From NCBI GenBank assembly GCA_049840735.1, contig JASGJN010000020.1:512001-576000 (forward strand): a stretch of 64,000 nucleotides of DNA. Reading direction: 5' to 3'. A program made the position numbers and the translations under genes. The notes under the pieces are model-generated. The model saw only the letters and a program-made list of their open reading frames with translations. It ran no database searches and was not told the origin of the DNA. Shown piece after piece: positions 39,227 to 52,667 of the stretch (within the stretch, counting starts at the first letter, position 1; each line of letters starts with the position of its first letter). Source of the stretch: Anaeromyxobacter sp. (GTDB lineage: Bacteria; Myxococcota; Myxococcia; Myxococcales; Anaeromyxobacteraceae).

Positions 39227-40049
39227 CGTGGCGCGCCTCGTCGAACCCGGCCTCGAGCAGCGCCGCCGCGGTCCACCAGCGATCCGGGGCGTCCAGCAAC
39301 ACCACCAGCACCTCCACCCCCTCGCGCTCGGCCCGGGCCACCACGCAGCGCCCCGCGCCCGGCGTGTAGCCGCTCTTCACGCCGTCCGCGCCGCGGAGAC
39401 GCCCCAGCAGCGCGTTGTGCGTGCGCAGCGTGAAGGTCCGGCCGGCGCGGGTGGTCACCTGCGCCCCCTGCAGCGCCGCGATGCGCCGCAGCTCCGGGAC
39501 GGCGAGCGCGGTGCGGGTCAGGACCAGCAGGTCGGCGGCGGTGGCCTGGTGCCCGCGCGCGTCGTGGCCGCACGGATCGGCGAAGTGGGTGCGCGCCAGC
39601 CCCAGCGCCCTCGCCCGGGCGTTCATCCGCTCCAGGAACCCGGACACGCTGCCGCCCACGCCCTCGGCCAGCACCACGCAGGCGTCGTTGGACGAGGACA
39701 CGAGCGTGGCGGTGAGCGCATCCTGCAGCGTGAGCGCGTCGCCGGCGGTCAGCCCCAGCCGGCTGCCGGTCTCGGCGGCGGCGCGCCGGCTCACCGGCAG
39801 CCAGGTCCCGGGGCCGCGGCCGGACTCGGCCACCAGCAGCGCGGTCATGATCTTCGTCAGCGACGCGGGGGCCCGCGGCACGTCGGCCGCGCGCGCCCAG
39901 ACCACCTCCCCGTTCACGGCCACCACGTACGAGGCCGCGGCCCGCGGGAAGCGGTCGGGCGGCGCGGCGCGCGGCGACGCCGGCGCCAGGGCCAGCGCCG
40001 CCGCGAGCACAGCCGTGAAGCAGCGGACGGCGGGAGCGGGAGTCCGCAC
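39219..40049 (-). CDS. D-alanyl-D-alanine carboxypeptidase (peptidase S11)
   Basis: SxxK (PASLTKIMT), SxN (SSNDA), KSG triad; signal peptide. Confidence 0.92.
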   Translation of the reverse strand: MRTPAPAVRCFTAVLAAALALAPASPRAAPPDRFPRAAASYVVAVNGEVVWARAADVPRAPASLTKIMTALLVAESGRGPGTWLPVSRRAAAETGSRLGLTAGDALTLQDALTATLVSSSNDACVVLAEGVGGSVSGFLERMNARARALGLARTHFADPCGHDARGHQATAADLLVLTRTALAVPELRRIAALQGAQVTTRAGRTFTLRTHNALLGRLRGADGVKSGYTPGAGRCVVARAEREGVEVLVVLLDAPDRWWTAAALLEAGFDEARHGG

Positions 40050-40050
40050 C

Positions 40051-41043
40051 CTAGCGACCGAAGAACCCCTTCAGCAGCTTCTTGCCCTGGTTGACCGCCT
40101 CGTCCTTCGCGTCCGGCTTGCCCTTGGCGGGCTCGGCCGCCGCCCCCTTCTTCGGCGGCGCCAGCTCCTCCGCGCTCAGCACCTCGCGGGCGTAGCGCAC
40201 GCAGAAGTCGGACATGGGCGGCTGCATGCCGGTGAAGGCCCGGCCGGCGCACTCCGCCTTGGCCAGCGTGCGGGCCTCCTCCGGGCAGCTCTGGCCCACG
40301 AAGTCGAGCGCCGCCCCGTCCGGCCGGGCCGCGTCGCGCGCGGCGTCCGGGCACAGCTTCTTCTGCACCTGCGCGGCGCTGGCCTTGCACAGCTGGCCGA
40401 TCTGCTGCAGCCCCTGCTCGCCCTGCTTGCTCGCGACCTGGAACCCCTCGCGAGTCTGCCAGCGCGCGCAGAAGGACTGGGCCATCGCCGGCTCCTTGCA
40501 GAGCGCGTACGGGCCGGAGAAGAGCTGGACCGACATCTCCTTCTCGCCCTGGGCGCAGAGCTGCTTCATCGAGTCGGCCTGCTGCTGCTGCGCCGCCGCG
40601 GCCTGCGCCTGCATCCCCGCCACCTGGCGCTTCATCGCGCCGGCGTCGCAGGCCTGGCCCAGGTTCTTCCCGGAGATCTTGACGCTCATCTCGCCCATCT
40701 CGCTGGAGCGCATGGTCATGAGGCCGTCGAAGGCCTTGGGGCCGTAGGTGATCTGCCCCTCGCCGCTCATGGCGTGGTCCCCCTGGCAGACCATGGTCCA
40801 GCTCATCTTCTTGCCGTCGTTCTTCAGGTTCTCCATCCGGCAGTCGGACTTCTGGTCCTTGGGCTGCGGCGGCTCCTTGAGGCCATCCTTGGGGGCGCAG
40901 AAGGTGCTGGTCGTGGGAGGCACGGCCATGCCCTTCATCTGCACCTGGGAGGTGTGCTCCCACAGGGTCCCGGGCTCGGACTGGGCAGCGGCTGGGAGGG
41001 CGAAGGCGGCGAGCGCAGCGAGGAACCAGCGGGTGGGATGCAT
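40051..41043 (-). CDS. Exported DUF3617-like protein with a Cys-rich helical C-terminus
   Basis: Signal peptide, PGTLWEHTSQVQM...C...C...C...GKNLGQAC, followed by many further Cys. Confidence 0.7.
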   Translation of the reverse strand: MHPTRWFLAALAAFALPAAAQSEPGTLWEHTSQVQMKGMAVPPTTSTFCAPKDGLKEPPQPKDQKSDCRMENLKNDGKKMSWTMVCQGDHAMSGEGQITYGPKAFDGLMTMRSSEMGEMSVKISGKNLGQACDAGAMKRQVAGMQAQAAAAQQQQADSMKQLCAQGEKEMSVQLFSGPYALCKEPAMAQSFCARWQTREGFQVASKQGEQGLQQIGQLCKASAAQVQKKLCPDAARDAARPDGAALDFVGQSCPEEARTLAKAECAGRAFTGMQPPMSDFCVRYAREVLSAEELAPPKKGAAAEPAKGKPDAKDEAVNQGKKLLKGFFGR

Positions 41044-41439
41044 GAAGGAACAGGACATTGCGGGACCCCCGTGACCGACGCCGAAACACTCGGCGCCTGG
41101 CGACGCGGAAAAAGAGACCACATGTCCGGCCTGCCGTCGACGTCCTGACGCCGGGAGGTCGCCGGACGCCGCAGGGCTGGGCCGCGGCGTGGAAATCCGG
41201 GTGCGTCCCCGGGACCGCGCGCAGGCCCGTAAACGGCCAGAATCCCTGGCCCCGACCACCTCAGCCCGCGACCTTCGGCCGCGAGCCGCCGCGTTGTGCG
41301 CACCCGATCGCGGATCCGTCGAGATGGTCACCATCCGCCGCGCTCGCCAGACTGCGCGCCACGCGTGGACCGGGAGCTGCTCTCGCGGGGTCGGGGCCCC
41401 GCGCGACGCCCGCCTGCCACGCCTCAACGGGAGCGTGGG

Positions 41440-44400
41440 ATGGTCGACAGGAAGCGTGCAGGAGTCGGGGTGGCGGTCGTCGCGGCGATGCTCATGGCCG
41501 CGTGCGGGGGAAGCGGCCCGGCGCAGCAGGAGGAGCCCGGGGCCGAGGTGATCCCCACCGTCGAGAGCTCGGGGATCACCGTCTACACCTCGGGCTACAC
41601 CCACATCTACTGGTGGGGGTCGACGCCGGCGTCGTCGCCCGCAGACGGCACGTGGCCCGGCGTGGCCATGGGGACCGACGCGAGCTCGGGCTACCGGACC
41701 TACTCCTTCCCCAACGCCACGGCCATCAACCTCATCTTCAGCAACAACGGCGCCGGGCAGACCGCCAACCTGAGCCGCACCACGGGCAGCTGGCTCTACG
41801 TGAACGGCACCTGGTCGGCCTATACGCCGACGGCCTCGGTCTCGGCCTCACCGGGCACCTCCTCCTTCTCCGGCGCCAGCCTGGCCGTCACGCTCACGGC
41901 CGCCAACCCGGCCTCGGGCACCTACCAGGTGGACTCCGGCGCGGCCACCGCCTTCACCAGCGGCCAGGTGATCCCGATCAGCGGCACCGACCTGACCGCG
42001 GGACAGGGCCACACCCTGACGCTCCGCAACGGGACCGCCACCGCGACGTACACGTACACCAAGGTCACGGCCGGCATCACCGTGTACACGTCGAGCTACA
42101 CGCACGTGTACTGGTGGAGCGCGACGCCCGCCGGCTCGCCCGCCGACGCCACCTGGCCGGGCGTGGCCATGGGGACCGATCCAGCCACGGGGCTCAGGAC
42201 CTACGCCTTCCCGAACGCCACCGCCATCAACCTCATCTTCAGCAACAACGGCTCCGGCCAGACCGCCAACCTCAGCCGCACCACCGGCGCCTGGCTCTAC
42301 GAGAACGGCGCCTGGTCCGCCTACAACCCGGGGCCCGCGGCCTCGGCCAGCCCTGGCACCTCCTCCTTCTCGACCTCCAGCCTCTCCGTGACGCTGAGCG
42401 CCGCCAACCCGGCCTCGGGCACCTACCAGATCGACGCCGGGGCCACGACCGCCTTCACCCACGGACAGGTCATCACGCTCGGTGCGGGGCTGGTGGCCGG
42501 GCAGAGCCAGACGCTCACGGTCAAGAACGGCACCGCCAGCGCGACCTACACCTACACCAAGGTCGCCGCCGGCATCACCGTCTACACCAGCGGCTACACG
42601 CACGTGTACTGGTGGAGCGCGACGCCTGCCGGCTCGCCACCCGACGCCACCTGGCCTGGCGCGGCCATGGGGATTGACTCCGCCTCGGGGCTCAGGACCT
42701 ACGCGTTCCCCAACGCCACCGCCATCAACCTCATCTTCAGCAACAACGGCTCCGGCCAGACCGCCAACCTGAGCCGCACCACCGGCGCCTGGCTGTACGC
42801 CGGCGGCGCGTGGACGCCCTACTCGCCCATCCCCTCGGCCACGGTCACGCCCGCCGGCGGGACGTTCGCCGCCACGCAGACGGTCACGCTCAACGCCGGC
42901 AACCCGCCCTCGGGCACCTACCAGTGGGACTCGGACCAGGCCACCGCCTTCACCGACGGGACCACGCTCACGTTCGGAGCCGACTGGTCCAACGGCCGGT
43001 CGAGGGTGCTCAAGGTCGTCAACGGCACCGCCACGAACTCGTACACGTTCGTGAAGAACACCGCCGTGTACCCGAACACGCTGGGCGCGCTCTACCTGCC
43101 GGGCGCGACGAAGTTCCGCCTCTGGTCGCCGGACAGCAGCAGCGTCACCGTCACCGTCGGCGGCGCCACCTACCCGATGGCCCGCGTGGCGGACTTCGCC
43201 GGCTACACCTCGATCTACGAGGCCACCGTGTCCGGCGACCTCGAGCTGCAGCCCTACCAGTTCGCGGTGGGCGGCGCGGCGGTGCGCGATCCCTACGCGC
43301 TGATGGTCAACCCCGGGACCACGCAGGGCGTCGTGATGGACATGGCCTCCATCGCGCCGGCCGGCGGCTGGGCCGCCACGCCCGCCCTCGTCAACCGTGA
43401 GGACGCCATCATCTACGAGGCGCACGTGCGCGACTTCACCATCGACGCGAACTCGGGCGTCGACGCAGCGAGGAAGGGCAAGTTCCTGGGCATGGTCCAG
43501 ACCGGGACCACCTACGGCACGGCCAAGACCGGCCTCGACCACCTGAAGGAGCTGGGCGTCACGCACGTGCAGCTCATGCCGGTCTACGACTTCGGCACGG
43601 CCCTCTACAACTGGGGCTACGACCCGGTGAACTACAACGTGCCCGAGGAGCAGTACGCCCAGGCGACGGATCCCGTGGGCCGCGTCCAGGAGTTCCAGAC
43701 CATGGTCAACGAGCTCCACAAGAACGGCCTGCGGGTCGTGGTGGACGTGGTCTACAACCACACCTACGACAAGACCGTCCTGCAGCTCATCACCGGCAAG
43801 TACTACACCACGGTCGATTTGTCCGGCGTCGGCAACTCCATCGACGACGGCAACCCCATGGTCGCGCGGATGATCCAGGACAGCCTGGAGCAGTGGGTCC
43901 GCAACTACAACGTGGACGGCTTCCGCTTCGACCTGCTGGGCGTCTTCTACGCCACCAACGCCGCCGCCTGGGGCAACTACCTCAACGCCACCTTCCCGAC
44001 CAGGAACCTGCTGCTCTACGGCGAGCCCTGGAACGGCTACGCCACCGACCCCAACGACGCGCAGAAGGTCCGCTTCGGCAAGATGCCGACCCTGGCCGGC
44101 GCGCACGTCGGCGTCTTCAACGGCGGCTACCGCGACGACCTGCGCGGCCCCGGCGACAGCGCGGTGCAGCGCTACGTCGTGAACCAGGCCCCCAGCTGGT
44201 GGGGCGCCATCGCCGCCGGCTCCCGCGGCTCGATCACGGCGGCCAAGAGCACCAGCGCGCTGCCCAACGCCTGGGACTCGATGTTCGCCTACGACCCCGA
44301 GCAGGCCATCAACTACGTCTCGGCCCACGACAACCTGAACATGTGGGACAAGATCAACTACGCCGGCCTCTCCGGCGGCCCCACCGGCTACGCCGGCCGC

Positions 44401-44943
44401 GTGGACCGCTTCACCATCGGCATCCTCATGACCAGCCAGGGCATCCCCTTCTTCTACGAGGGGGACGAGATGCTGCACAGCAAGGCCTACGGCGGCGACT
44501 ACACCACCGCCAAGAACAGCTACCGGGCCGGCGACAACTACAACGCCATCCGCTGGGCCGACAAGGTCACCAACGCGGCCACCCACCAGTTCTACCGCGA
44601 CGCCATCGCGCTCCGCCGCGCCAACCCGGCGCTCCGGCTCACCAGCTGGGACGAGATCAACACCCGCGTCCGGACCACCCTCAACGCCGGCTCGCAGAGC
44701 GCGTCGTCCATCAACGTGGTCCACGACGCCTCGCTCCCCGCCGGCGTGGTGGTGAACAGCATCGACGCCGACGGGAACGTGGGCAACGGTTACGAGCTGG
44801 TGGTGGTCTACAACAACGGCAACAACTTCAACCTCACCCTCCCCGCCGGCAGCTGGACCAAGATCTTCGACGCCGGCGGCGCCGTCTCGAAGACCGACGT
44901 GGTCTGCGAGGGGACCGCGGTGACCGTGTTCAGGAAGAACTAG
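41440..44943 (+). CDS. Lipoprotein type I pullulanase (GH13) with three N-terminal tandem starch-binding/Ig-like modules
   Basis: Lipobox MAAC; FRLWSP, IYEAHVRDFT, YNWGYDP (pullulanase signature), DVVYNH, DGFRFDL, YGEPW, YVSAHDN. Confidence 0.92.
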   Translation: MVDRKRAGVGVAVVAAMLMAACGGSGPAQQEEPGAEVIPTVESSGITVYTSGYTHIYWWGSTPASSPADGTWPGVAMGTDASSGYRTYSFPNATAINLIFSNNGAGQTANLSRTTGSWLYVNGTWSAYTPTASVSASPGTSSFSGASLAVTLTAANPASGTYQVDSGAATAFTSGQVIPISGTDLTAGQGHTLTLRNGTATATYTYTKVTAGITVYTSSYTHVYWWSATPAGSPADATWPGVAMGTDPATGLRTYAFPNATAINLIFSNNGSGQTANLSRTTGAWLYENGAWSAYNPGPAASASPGTSSFSTSSLSVTLSAANPASGTYQIDAGATTAFTHGQVITLGAGLVAGQSQTLTVKNGTASATYTYTKVAAGITVYTSGYTHVYWWSATPAGSPPDATWPGAAMGIDSASGLRTYAFPNATAINLIFSNNGSGQTANLSRTTGAWLYAGGAWTPYSPIPSATVTPAGGTFAATQTVTLNAGNPPSGTYQWDSDQATAFTDGTTLTFGADWSNGRSRVLKVVNGTATNSYTFVKNTAVYPNTLGALYLPGATKFRLWSPDSSSVTVTVGGATYPMARVADFAGYTSIYEATVSGDLELQPYQFAVGGAAVRDPYALMVNPGTTQGVVMDMASIAPAGGWAATPALVNREDAIIYEAHVRDFTIDANSGVDAARKGKFLGMVQTGTTYGTAKTGLDHLKELGVTHVQLMPVYDFGTALYNWGYDPVNYNVPEEQYAQATDPVGRVQEFQTMVNELHKNGLRVVVDVVYNHTYDKTVLQLITGKYYTTVDLSGVGNSIDDGNPMVARMIQDSLEQWVRNYNVDGFRFDLLGVFYATNAAAWGNYLNATFPTRNLLLYGEPWNGYATDPNDAQKVRFGKMPTLAGAHVGVFNGGYRDDLRGPGDSAVQRYVVNQAPSWWGAIAAGSRGSITAAKSTSALPNAWDSMFAYDPEQAINYVSAHDNLNMWDKINYAGLSGGPTGYAGRVDRFTIGILMTSQGIPFFYEGDEMLHSKAYGGDYTTAKNSYRAGDNYNAIRWADKVTNAATHQFYRDAIALRRANPALRLTSWDEINTRVRTTLNAGSQSASSINVVHDASLPAGVVVNSIDADGNVGNGYELVVVYNNGNNFNLTLPAGSWTKIFDAGGAVSKTDVVCEGTAVTVFRKN
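41572..43056 (+). repeat. Three intragenic tandem repeats of about 500 bp (starts at 41572, 42073, 42571)
   Basis: Each begins GITVYTSxYTHxYWW...WPGxAM...INLIFSNNG; long identical DNA runs, e.g. ATCAACCTCATCTTCAGCAACAACGGC. Confidence 0.92.
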
Positions 44944-44965
44944 CAGGCAGGCACGGCTGACGGGC

Positions 44966-45003
44966 CGCGAGGCCGGGACTTCGAACGAGGTCCCGGCCTT
45001 CGC
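44966..45003. terminator. Hairpin between convergent pullulanase and ABC-F genes
   Basis: AGGCCGGGAC...GTCCCGGCCT stem. Confidence 0.6.
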
Positions 45004-45027
45004 GTCAGGGCGCGGGCGATCGCAGGC

Positions 45028-46662
45028 TCAACGCCCGCCCAGGTGCCGCAGCCCCGGCCCTTCGCGGCCAGTGCGGGCCACGTACTCGCCGTAGCCGCCA
45101 CCGTAGGGGACCGGCCCCTCCGGCGTCAGCTCCAGCACGCGGTTGGAGAGCGCGGCCAGGAAGCGGCGGTCGTGGGAGACCAGGAGCAGCGTCCCCTCGT
45201 AGCCGGCCAGCGCCCGGATCAGCATCTCCTTGGTGGAGAGGTCCAGGTGGTTGGTCGGCTCGTCCAGCACCAGGAAGTTGGGCGGGTCGTAGAGCATGGT
45301 GGCCAGCGCCAGCCGCGCCCGCTCGCCGCCGGAGAGCACCCGGCAGCGCTTCTCGATCTCGTCGCCGGAGAACCCGAAGCAGCCGGCCAGGGTGCGCAGC
45401 GAGCCCACCGAGGCCCGGGGAAGGCGTCCTGCAGCGTCTCCCAGACGGTCTTCTCCGGCTGCAGCAGGTCCATGGCGTGCTGGGCGAAGTAGCCCATCTT
45501 CACGCTGGCCCCGAGCGCCACCACCCCCTCGTCCGGCCTCGTCTCGCCGGCGACCATCTTGAGGAGCGTGGACTTGCCGGCGCCGTTGGCGCCCAGCACG
45601 CACCAGCGCTCCCCGCGGCGGACCAGCAGGTCCAGCTGGTCGTGGACCGCCCGCCCGCCGTAGCGCTTGGTGACCGCCGCCAGGCGCGCCACGTCCTCGC
45701 CCGAGCGCGGCGCGGCGCGGAACTCGAAGTCCACCTGCTTGTGCACGCGCGGCGGCTCGACCTTCTCGATCTTCTCCAGCTTCTTCACCCGCGACTGGAC
45801 CTGCGCCGCGTGCGAGGCGCGGGCCTTGAACCGCTCGATGAAGGCCAGCTCCTTCTTGAGCGTGGCCTGCTGGCGGTCGAACTGGGCCTGCGGTGCGCGT
45901 CGGCGACGGCCCGCTCGCGCTCGTAGAAGTCGTAGTCGCCGGAGTAGCTGGTCAGCTCGCCGGCGTCGATCTCGACGATCTTCTTCACCACCCGGTTCAT
46001 GAAGGCCCGGTCGTGCGAGGTCATCAGCAGGGCGCCGTCGTACGCCTGCAGGAACTCCTCCAGCCAGATGATCGACTCCAGGTCGAGGTGGTTGGAGGGC
46101 TCGTCCAGCAGCATGCAGTCCGGGCGCATGAGCAGGATGCGCGCCAGCGCCACGCGCATCTTCCACCCGCCGGAGAGCGCCCGCCACGTCGCCGTCCATC
46201 ATGGCGGGCGAGAAGCCCAGGCCGGCCAGGATCTCGCGCGCCCGCGCCTCCAGCGCGTAGCCGCCCAGCTCGTCGAAGCGGGCCTGCACGTGACCGAACC
46301 GCTCCACCAGCGTCTCCAGCTCGTCGGCCCGGGCCGGATCGGCCAGCGCGTGCTCCAGGGCGTGCAGCTCGGCCGCCACCGACGAGACCGGGCCGGCGCC
46401 GTCCATGGTCTCCTCGACCGGCGCTCCGGCCGGACATCTCCCCCACGTCCTGGGAGAAGTGACCCACGGTCACGCCCCGGTCGATGGAGACCTGCCCCTC
46501 GTCGGGCTCCTCCTGGCGCATGATCATGCGGAAGAGCGTGGACTTGCCGGCGCCGTTCGGGCCGACCAGCCCGACCTTCTCGCCGCGGTGGATGACGGCC
46601 GAGGCCTCGACGAAGAGGAGCTGGCGGCCGTGCTGCTTGGAGATGGCGTCGAAGCGGATCGC
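45028..46662 (-). CDS. Second ABC-F ATPase, broken by about 4 indels (near 46420, 46185, 45893, 45418); start codon appears damaged
   Basis: Pieces IRFDAISKQHG...GPNGAGKST, LSGGWKMRVALA, DEPSNHLD, QVQSRVKKLEK, GANGAGKST, LSGGERARL, DEPTNHLD fall in successive frames. Confidence 0.85.
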
Positions 46663-46831
46663 AGGGGGCGCGTTCTCTCACGCCCGCACGGGCGGCTCAA
46701 CCCCCGCAGACGCCCTCCTGCGACCTCGTCGCACACCCGTGGGACGGTTCCGCGCAGTCGTGAAGTGTGGTTGGCGCTGCCGGCCCGGGTGCGGGGCGTG
46801 CTCGCGGGCGAGGGTGAGGGCTGGGCGCCCC

Positions 46832-49775
<2,944 letters not shown>

Positions 49776-49779
<4 letters not shown>

Positions 49780-50681
49780 GCGCCGCCGCCGCCGAGGAGG
49801 CGCCGCCGGCGCAGGTGGACCTGGGGGTCCTGGCCGCCGAGGCCGGCGTGGCCGAGGCGCTGGGGGCGCTGGAGCGCGACCTGGTGGGCCTGGCCCCGGT
49901 GAAGCGGCGCATGCGCGAGATCGCTGCGCTGCTGGTGGTGGACCGCGCCCGCGCCCGGCTCGGCCTGCCGGGGGTGCCGCCGGGGCTGCACATGTGCTTC
50001 ACCGGCAATCCCGGCACCGGCAAGACCACGGTGGCGCTCCGCCTGGCCGGCATCCTCCACCGCCTGGGGTACGTGCGCCGGCCGCAGCTGGTGGCGGTCA
50101 CCCGCGAGGACCTGGTGGGCGAGTTCGTGGGCCACACCGCCCCGCGCACCCGCAAGGTGCTGGAGCGGGCGCGCGGCGGGGTGCTCTTCATCGACGAGGC
50201 CTACGCGCTCTACCGCCCGGAGAACGAGCGCGACTACGGCCAGGAGGCGGTGGAGATCCTGCTGCAGGCCATGGAGTCGCAGCGCGGCGAGCTGGTGGTG
50301 GTGCTGGCCGGCTACCGCGACCGCATGGAGACCTTCTTCGCCTGCAACCCGGGCCTCTCCTCCCGCATCGCCCACCACGTGGACTTCCCCGACTACGGCG
50401 TGGAGGAGCTGCTGGCCATCGCCGACCGGATGCTGGAGGCGCTGTGCTACCAGCTGGGCGGCGGGGCGCGCGAGGCGCTGCGCGAGTACGTCGTGCGCCG
50501 CATGGCCCGCCCGCGCTTCTCCAACGCGCGCTCCATCCGCAACGCGCTGGACCGGGCCCGCCTGCGCCAGGCCAGCCGGCTGCTGGACGCCGGCGGACCG
50601 GTGGACGGCGCCGCCCTGGCCACCCTGGCCGCCGAGGACATCCGCCGCAGCCGCGTGCTCCAGGCCGCAGAGGAGACCTGA
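49776..50681 (+). CDS. cbbX: Red-type RuBisCO activase CbbX (AAA+)
   Basis: [35 protein letters not shown]...[25 protein letters not shown]. Confidence 0.96.
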
Positions 50682-50686
50682 GACCC

Positions 50687-51745
50687 ATGAGCCCAACCGC
50701 CCCCGGCGCACCCACCCTCACCCGCTTCATCCTCGAGGCGCACCGGCGCGCCCCCGGCGCCAGCGGGGTCTTCAGCGCCCTGCTCACCGACGTGGCCACC
50801 GCCATCAAGGACATCGCCCGCACCGTCTCCCGCGGCGCGCTGGACCGGCCGGCGGGCGGCCGCGGCGCGGCCCTCGACGCCGCCGCCCACGCGCTGCTGG
50901 TCCGCCACTGCGAGTGGGGCGGCCACCTGGGCGGGATGGTCTCGGAGGCGCTGGAGGCGCCCTACGCCATCCCCTCCGCCTATCCCTGCGGCCGCTACCT
51001 GCTGCTCTTCAATCCGCTCGACGGCTCGGCCAGCGCGGACGTGGACGCCGCGGTGGGCACGGTCTTCTCGGTCCTGCGCCGCGAGGCGGGCGCCGGCCCG
51101 GCCGCGGCCGAGGAGTTCCTGCAGCCGGGCCACCGCCAGGTGTGCGCCGGCTACGCCATCTACGGCCCCTCCACCGTGCTGGTGCTCACGCTGGGCGAGG
51201 GCGTGCACGGCTTCACGCTCGACCGCGAGCTGGGCGAGTTCGTGCTCACCCACCCGGACCTGCGCATCCCCGAGCCGGCCCGCGAGGTGACCGTCAACGC
51301 CTCCCACGAGCGGTTCTGGGAGGCGCCGGTGCGGCGCTACGTCGAGGAGTGCCGGGCCGGGCACGCCGGACCGCGCGGCGCCGACGTGGATCTCCGCGGC
51401 GTCTCCTCGCTGGTGGCCGACGTGCACCGGCTGCTGGTCCGCGGCGGCGTCGCGCTCCACCCGCGCGACACCCGCGAGCCGGCCCGCCCCGGCCGGCTGC
51501 GGCTGCTCTGCGAGGCCGCCCCGCTGGCCCTGATCGTCGAGCAGGCCGGCGGCGCGGCCTCGACCGGGCGGGCCCGGCTGCTGGACGTGACCCCGGGCGC
51601 GCTGCACGAGCGCGTCCCGGTGTTCCTGGGCTCCAGGGCCGAGGTGGAGCGGCTGGCCCGCTACCACGACGAGCACGACCGCGGCGTCGACCGCCCCTTC
51701 CGCTCCCCGCTCTTCGGCACCCGCTCGCTCTTCATCGAGCCATGA
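50687..51745 (+). CDS. cbbF: Class 1 fructose-1,6-/sedoheptulose-1,7-bisphosphatase homologue with degenerate motifs
   Basis: NPLDGS, AGYAIYGP, GFTLDRELGEFVLTHP, VADVHR, GRLRLLCEAAP; position within the cbb operon. Confidence 0.85.
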   Translation: MSPTAPGAPTLTRFILEAHRRAPGASGVFSALLTDVATAIKDIARTVSRGALDRPAGGRGAALDAAAHALLVRHCEWGGHLGGMVSEALEAPYAIPSAYPCGRYLLLFNPLDGSASADVDAAVGTVFSVLRREAGAGPAAAEEFLQPGHRQVCAGYAIYGPSTVLVLTLGEGVHGFTLDRELGEFVLTHPDLRIPEPAREVTVNASHERFWEAPVRRYVEECRAGHAGPRGADVDLRGVSSLVADVHRLLVRGGVALHPRDTREPARPGRLRLLCEAAPLALIVEQAGGAASTGRARLLDVTPGALHERVPVFLGSRAEVERLARYHDEHDRGVDRPFRSPLFGTRSLFIEP

Positions 51746-51791
51746 GAGTCGCACCCGCGGCGCGCCCGGCGCGCGCCAGGAGGAGGCCACC

Positions 51792-52667
51792 ATGTCGCAG
51801 CGCCACCCCGTCATCGCCGTGACCGGCTCCTCCGGCGCCGGCACCACCTCCGTCACCCGCACCTTCCAGCAGGTCTTCGGTCGGGAGGGGATCAAGGCGC
51901 AGGTGGTGGAGGGCGACGCCTTCCACCGCTACGACCGGGCCGAGATGCAGCGCCGCATGGCCGAGGCGGCCAGCCGCGGCGACCGCCACTTCAGCCACTT
52001 CGGCCCCGAGTCCAACCTGTTCGTGGAGCTGGAGGAGCTCTTCCGCGGCTTCGGCCAGACCGGGCGCGGCCAGGTGCGGCGCTACCTGCACGACCACGCC
52101 GAGGCGGCCCCCTACCACCAGGACCCCGGCACCTTCACGCCCTGGGAGGACATCCCCCCCGGCGTGGACCTGCTCTACTACGAGGGGCTGCACGGGGGCG
52201 TGGTGACCGGCGGCGTGGACGTCGCCCGCCACGTGGATCTGCTGGTGGGGGTGGTGCCCATCATCAACCTGGAGTGGATCCAGAAGCTGCACCGCGACCG
52301 CGCCACGCGCGGCTACAGCACCGAGGCGGTGGTGGACACCATCCTGCGGCGCATGCCGGACTACGTGAACCACGTCGTCCCGCAGTTCGCCCGCACCCAC
52401 ATCAACTTCCAGCGGGTGCCCACCGTCGACACCTCGAACCCCTTCATCGCCCAGGACATCCCCACCGCCGACGAGAGCTTCCTGGTGGTGCGCTTCGCCG
52501 ATCCCAAGGGGATCGACTTCCCCTGGCTCCTCACCATGCTTCACGATTCGTTCATGTCGCGGCGGAACACCATCGTGGTGCCGGGCGGGAAGATGCCGCT
52601 CGCGATGCAGCTCATCATGACGCCCATGATCCTCCAGCTGCTCGATCGCCGCCGCCGGGCGCTGTGA
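51792..52667 (+). CDS. cbbP: Phosphoribulokinase (proteobacterial octameric type)
   Basis: HPVIAVTGSSGAGTTSV, EGDAFHRYDR, YEGLHG, NLEWIQKLHRD, FQRVPTVDTSNPF. Confidence 0.97.
   Translation: MSQRHPVIAVTGSSGAGTTSVTRTFQQVFGREGIKAQVVEGDAFHRYDRAEMQRRMAEAASRGDRHFSHFGPESNLFVELEELFRGFGQTGRGQVRRYLHDHAEAAPYHQDPGTFTPWEDIPPGVDLLYYEGLHGGVVTGGVDVARHVDLLVGVVPIINLEWIQKLHRDRATRGYSTEAVVDTILRRMPDYVNHVVPQFARTHINFQRVPTVDTSNPFIAQDIPTADESFLVVRFADPKGIDFPWLLTMLHDSFMSRRNTIVVPGGKMPLAMQLIMTPMILQLLDRRRRAL

Noticed and set aside
41572..43056. Repeats as a CRISPR array or mobile element
   Set aside because: The units are about 500 bp, in frame and protein-coding, with no spacers or cas genes.
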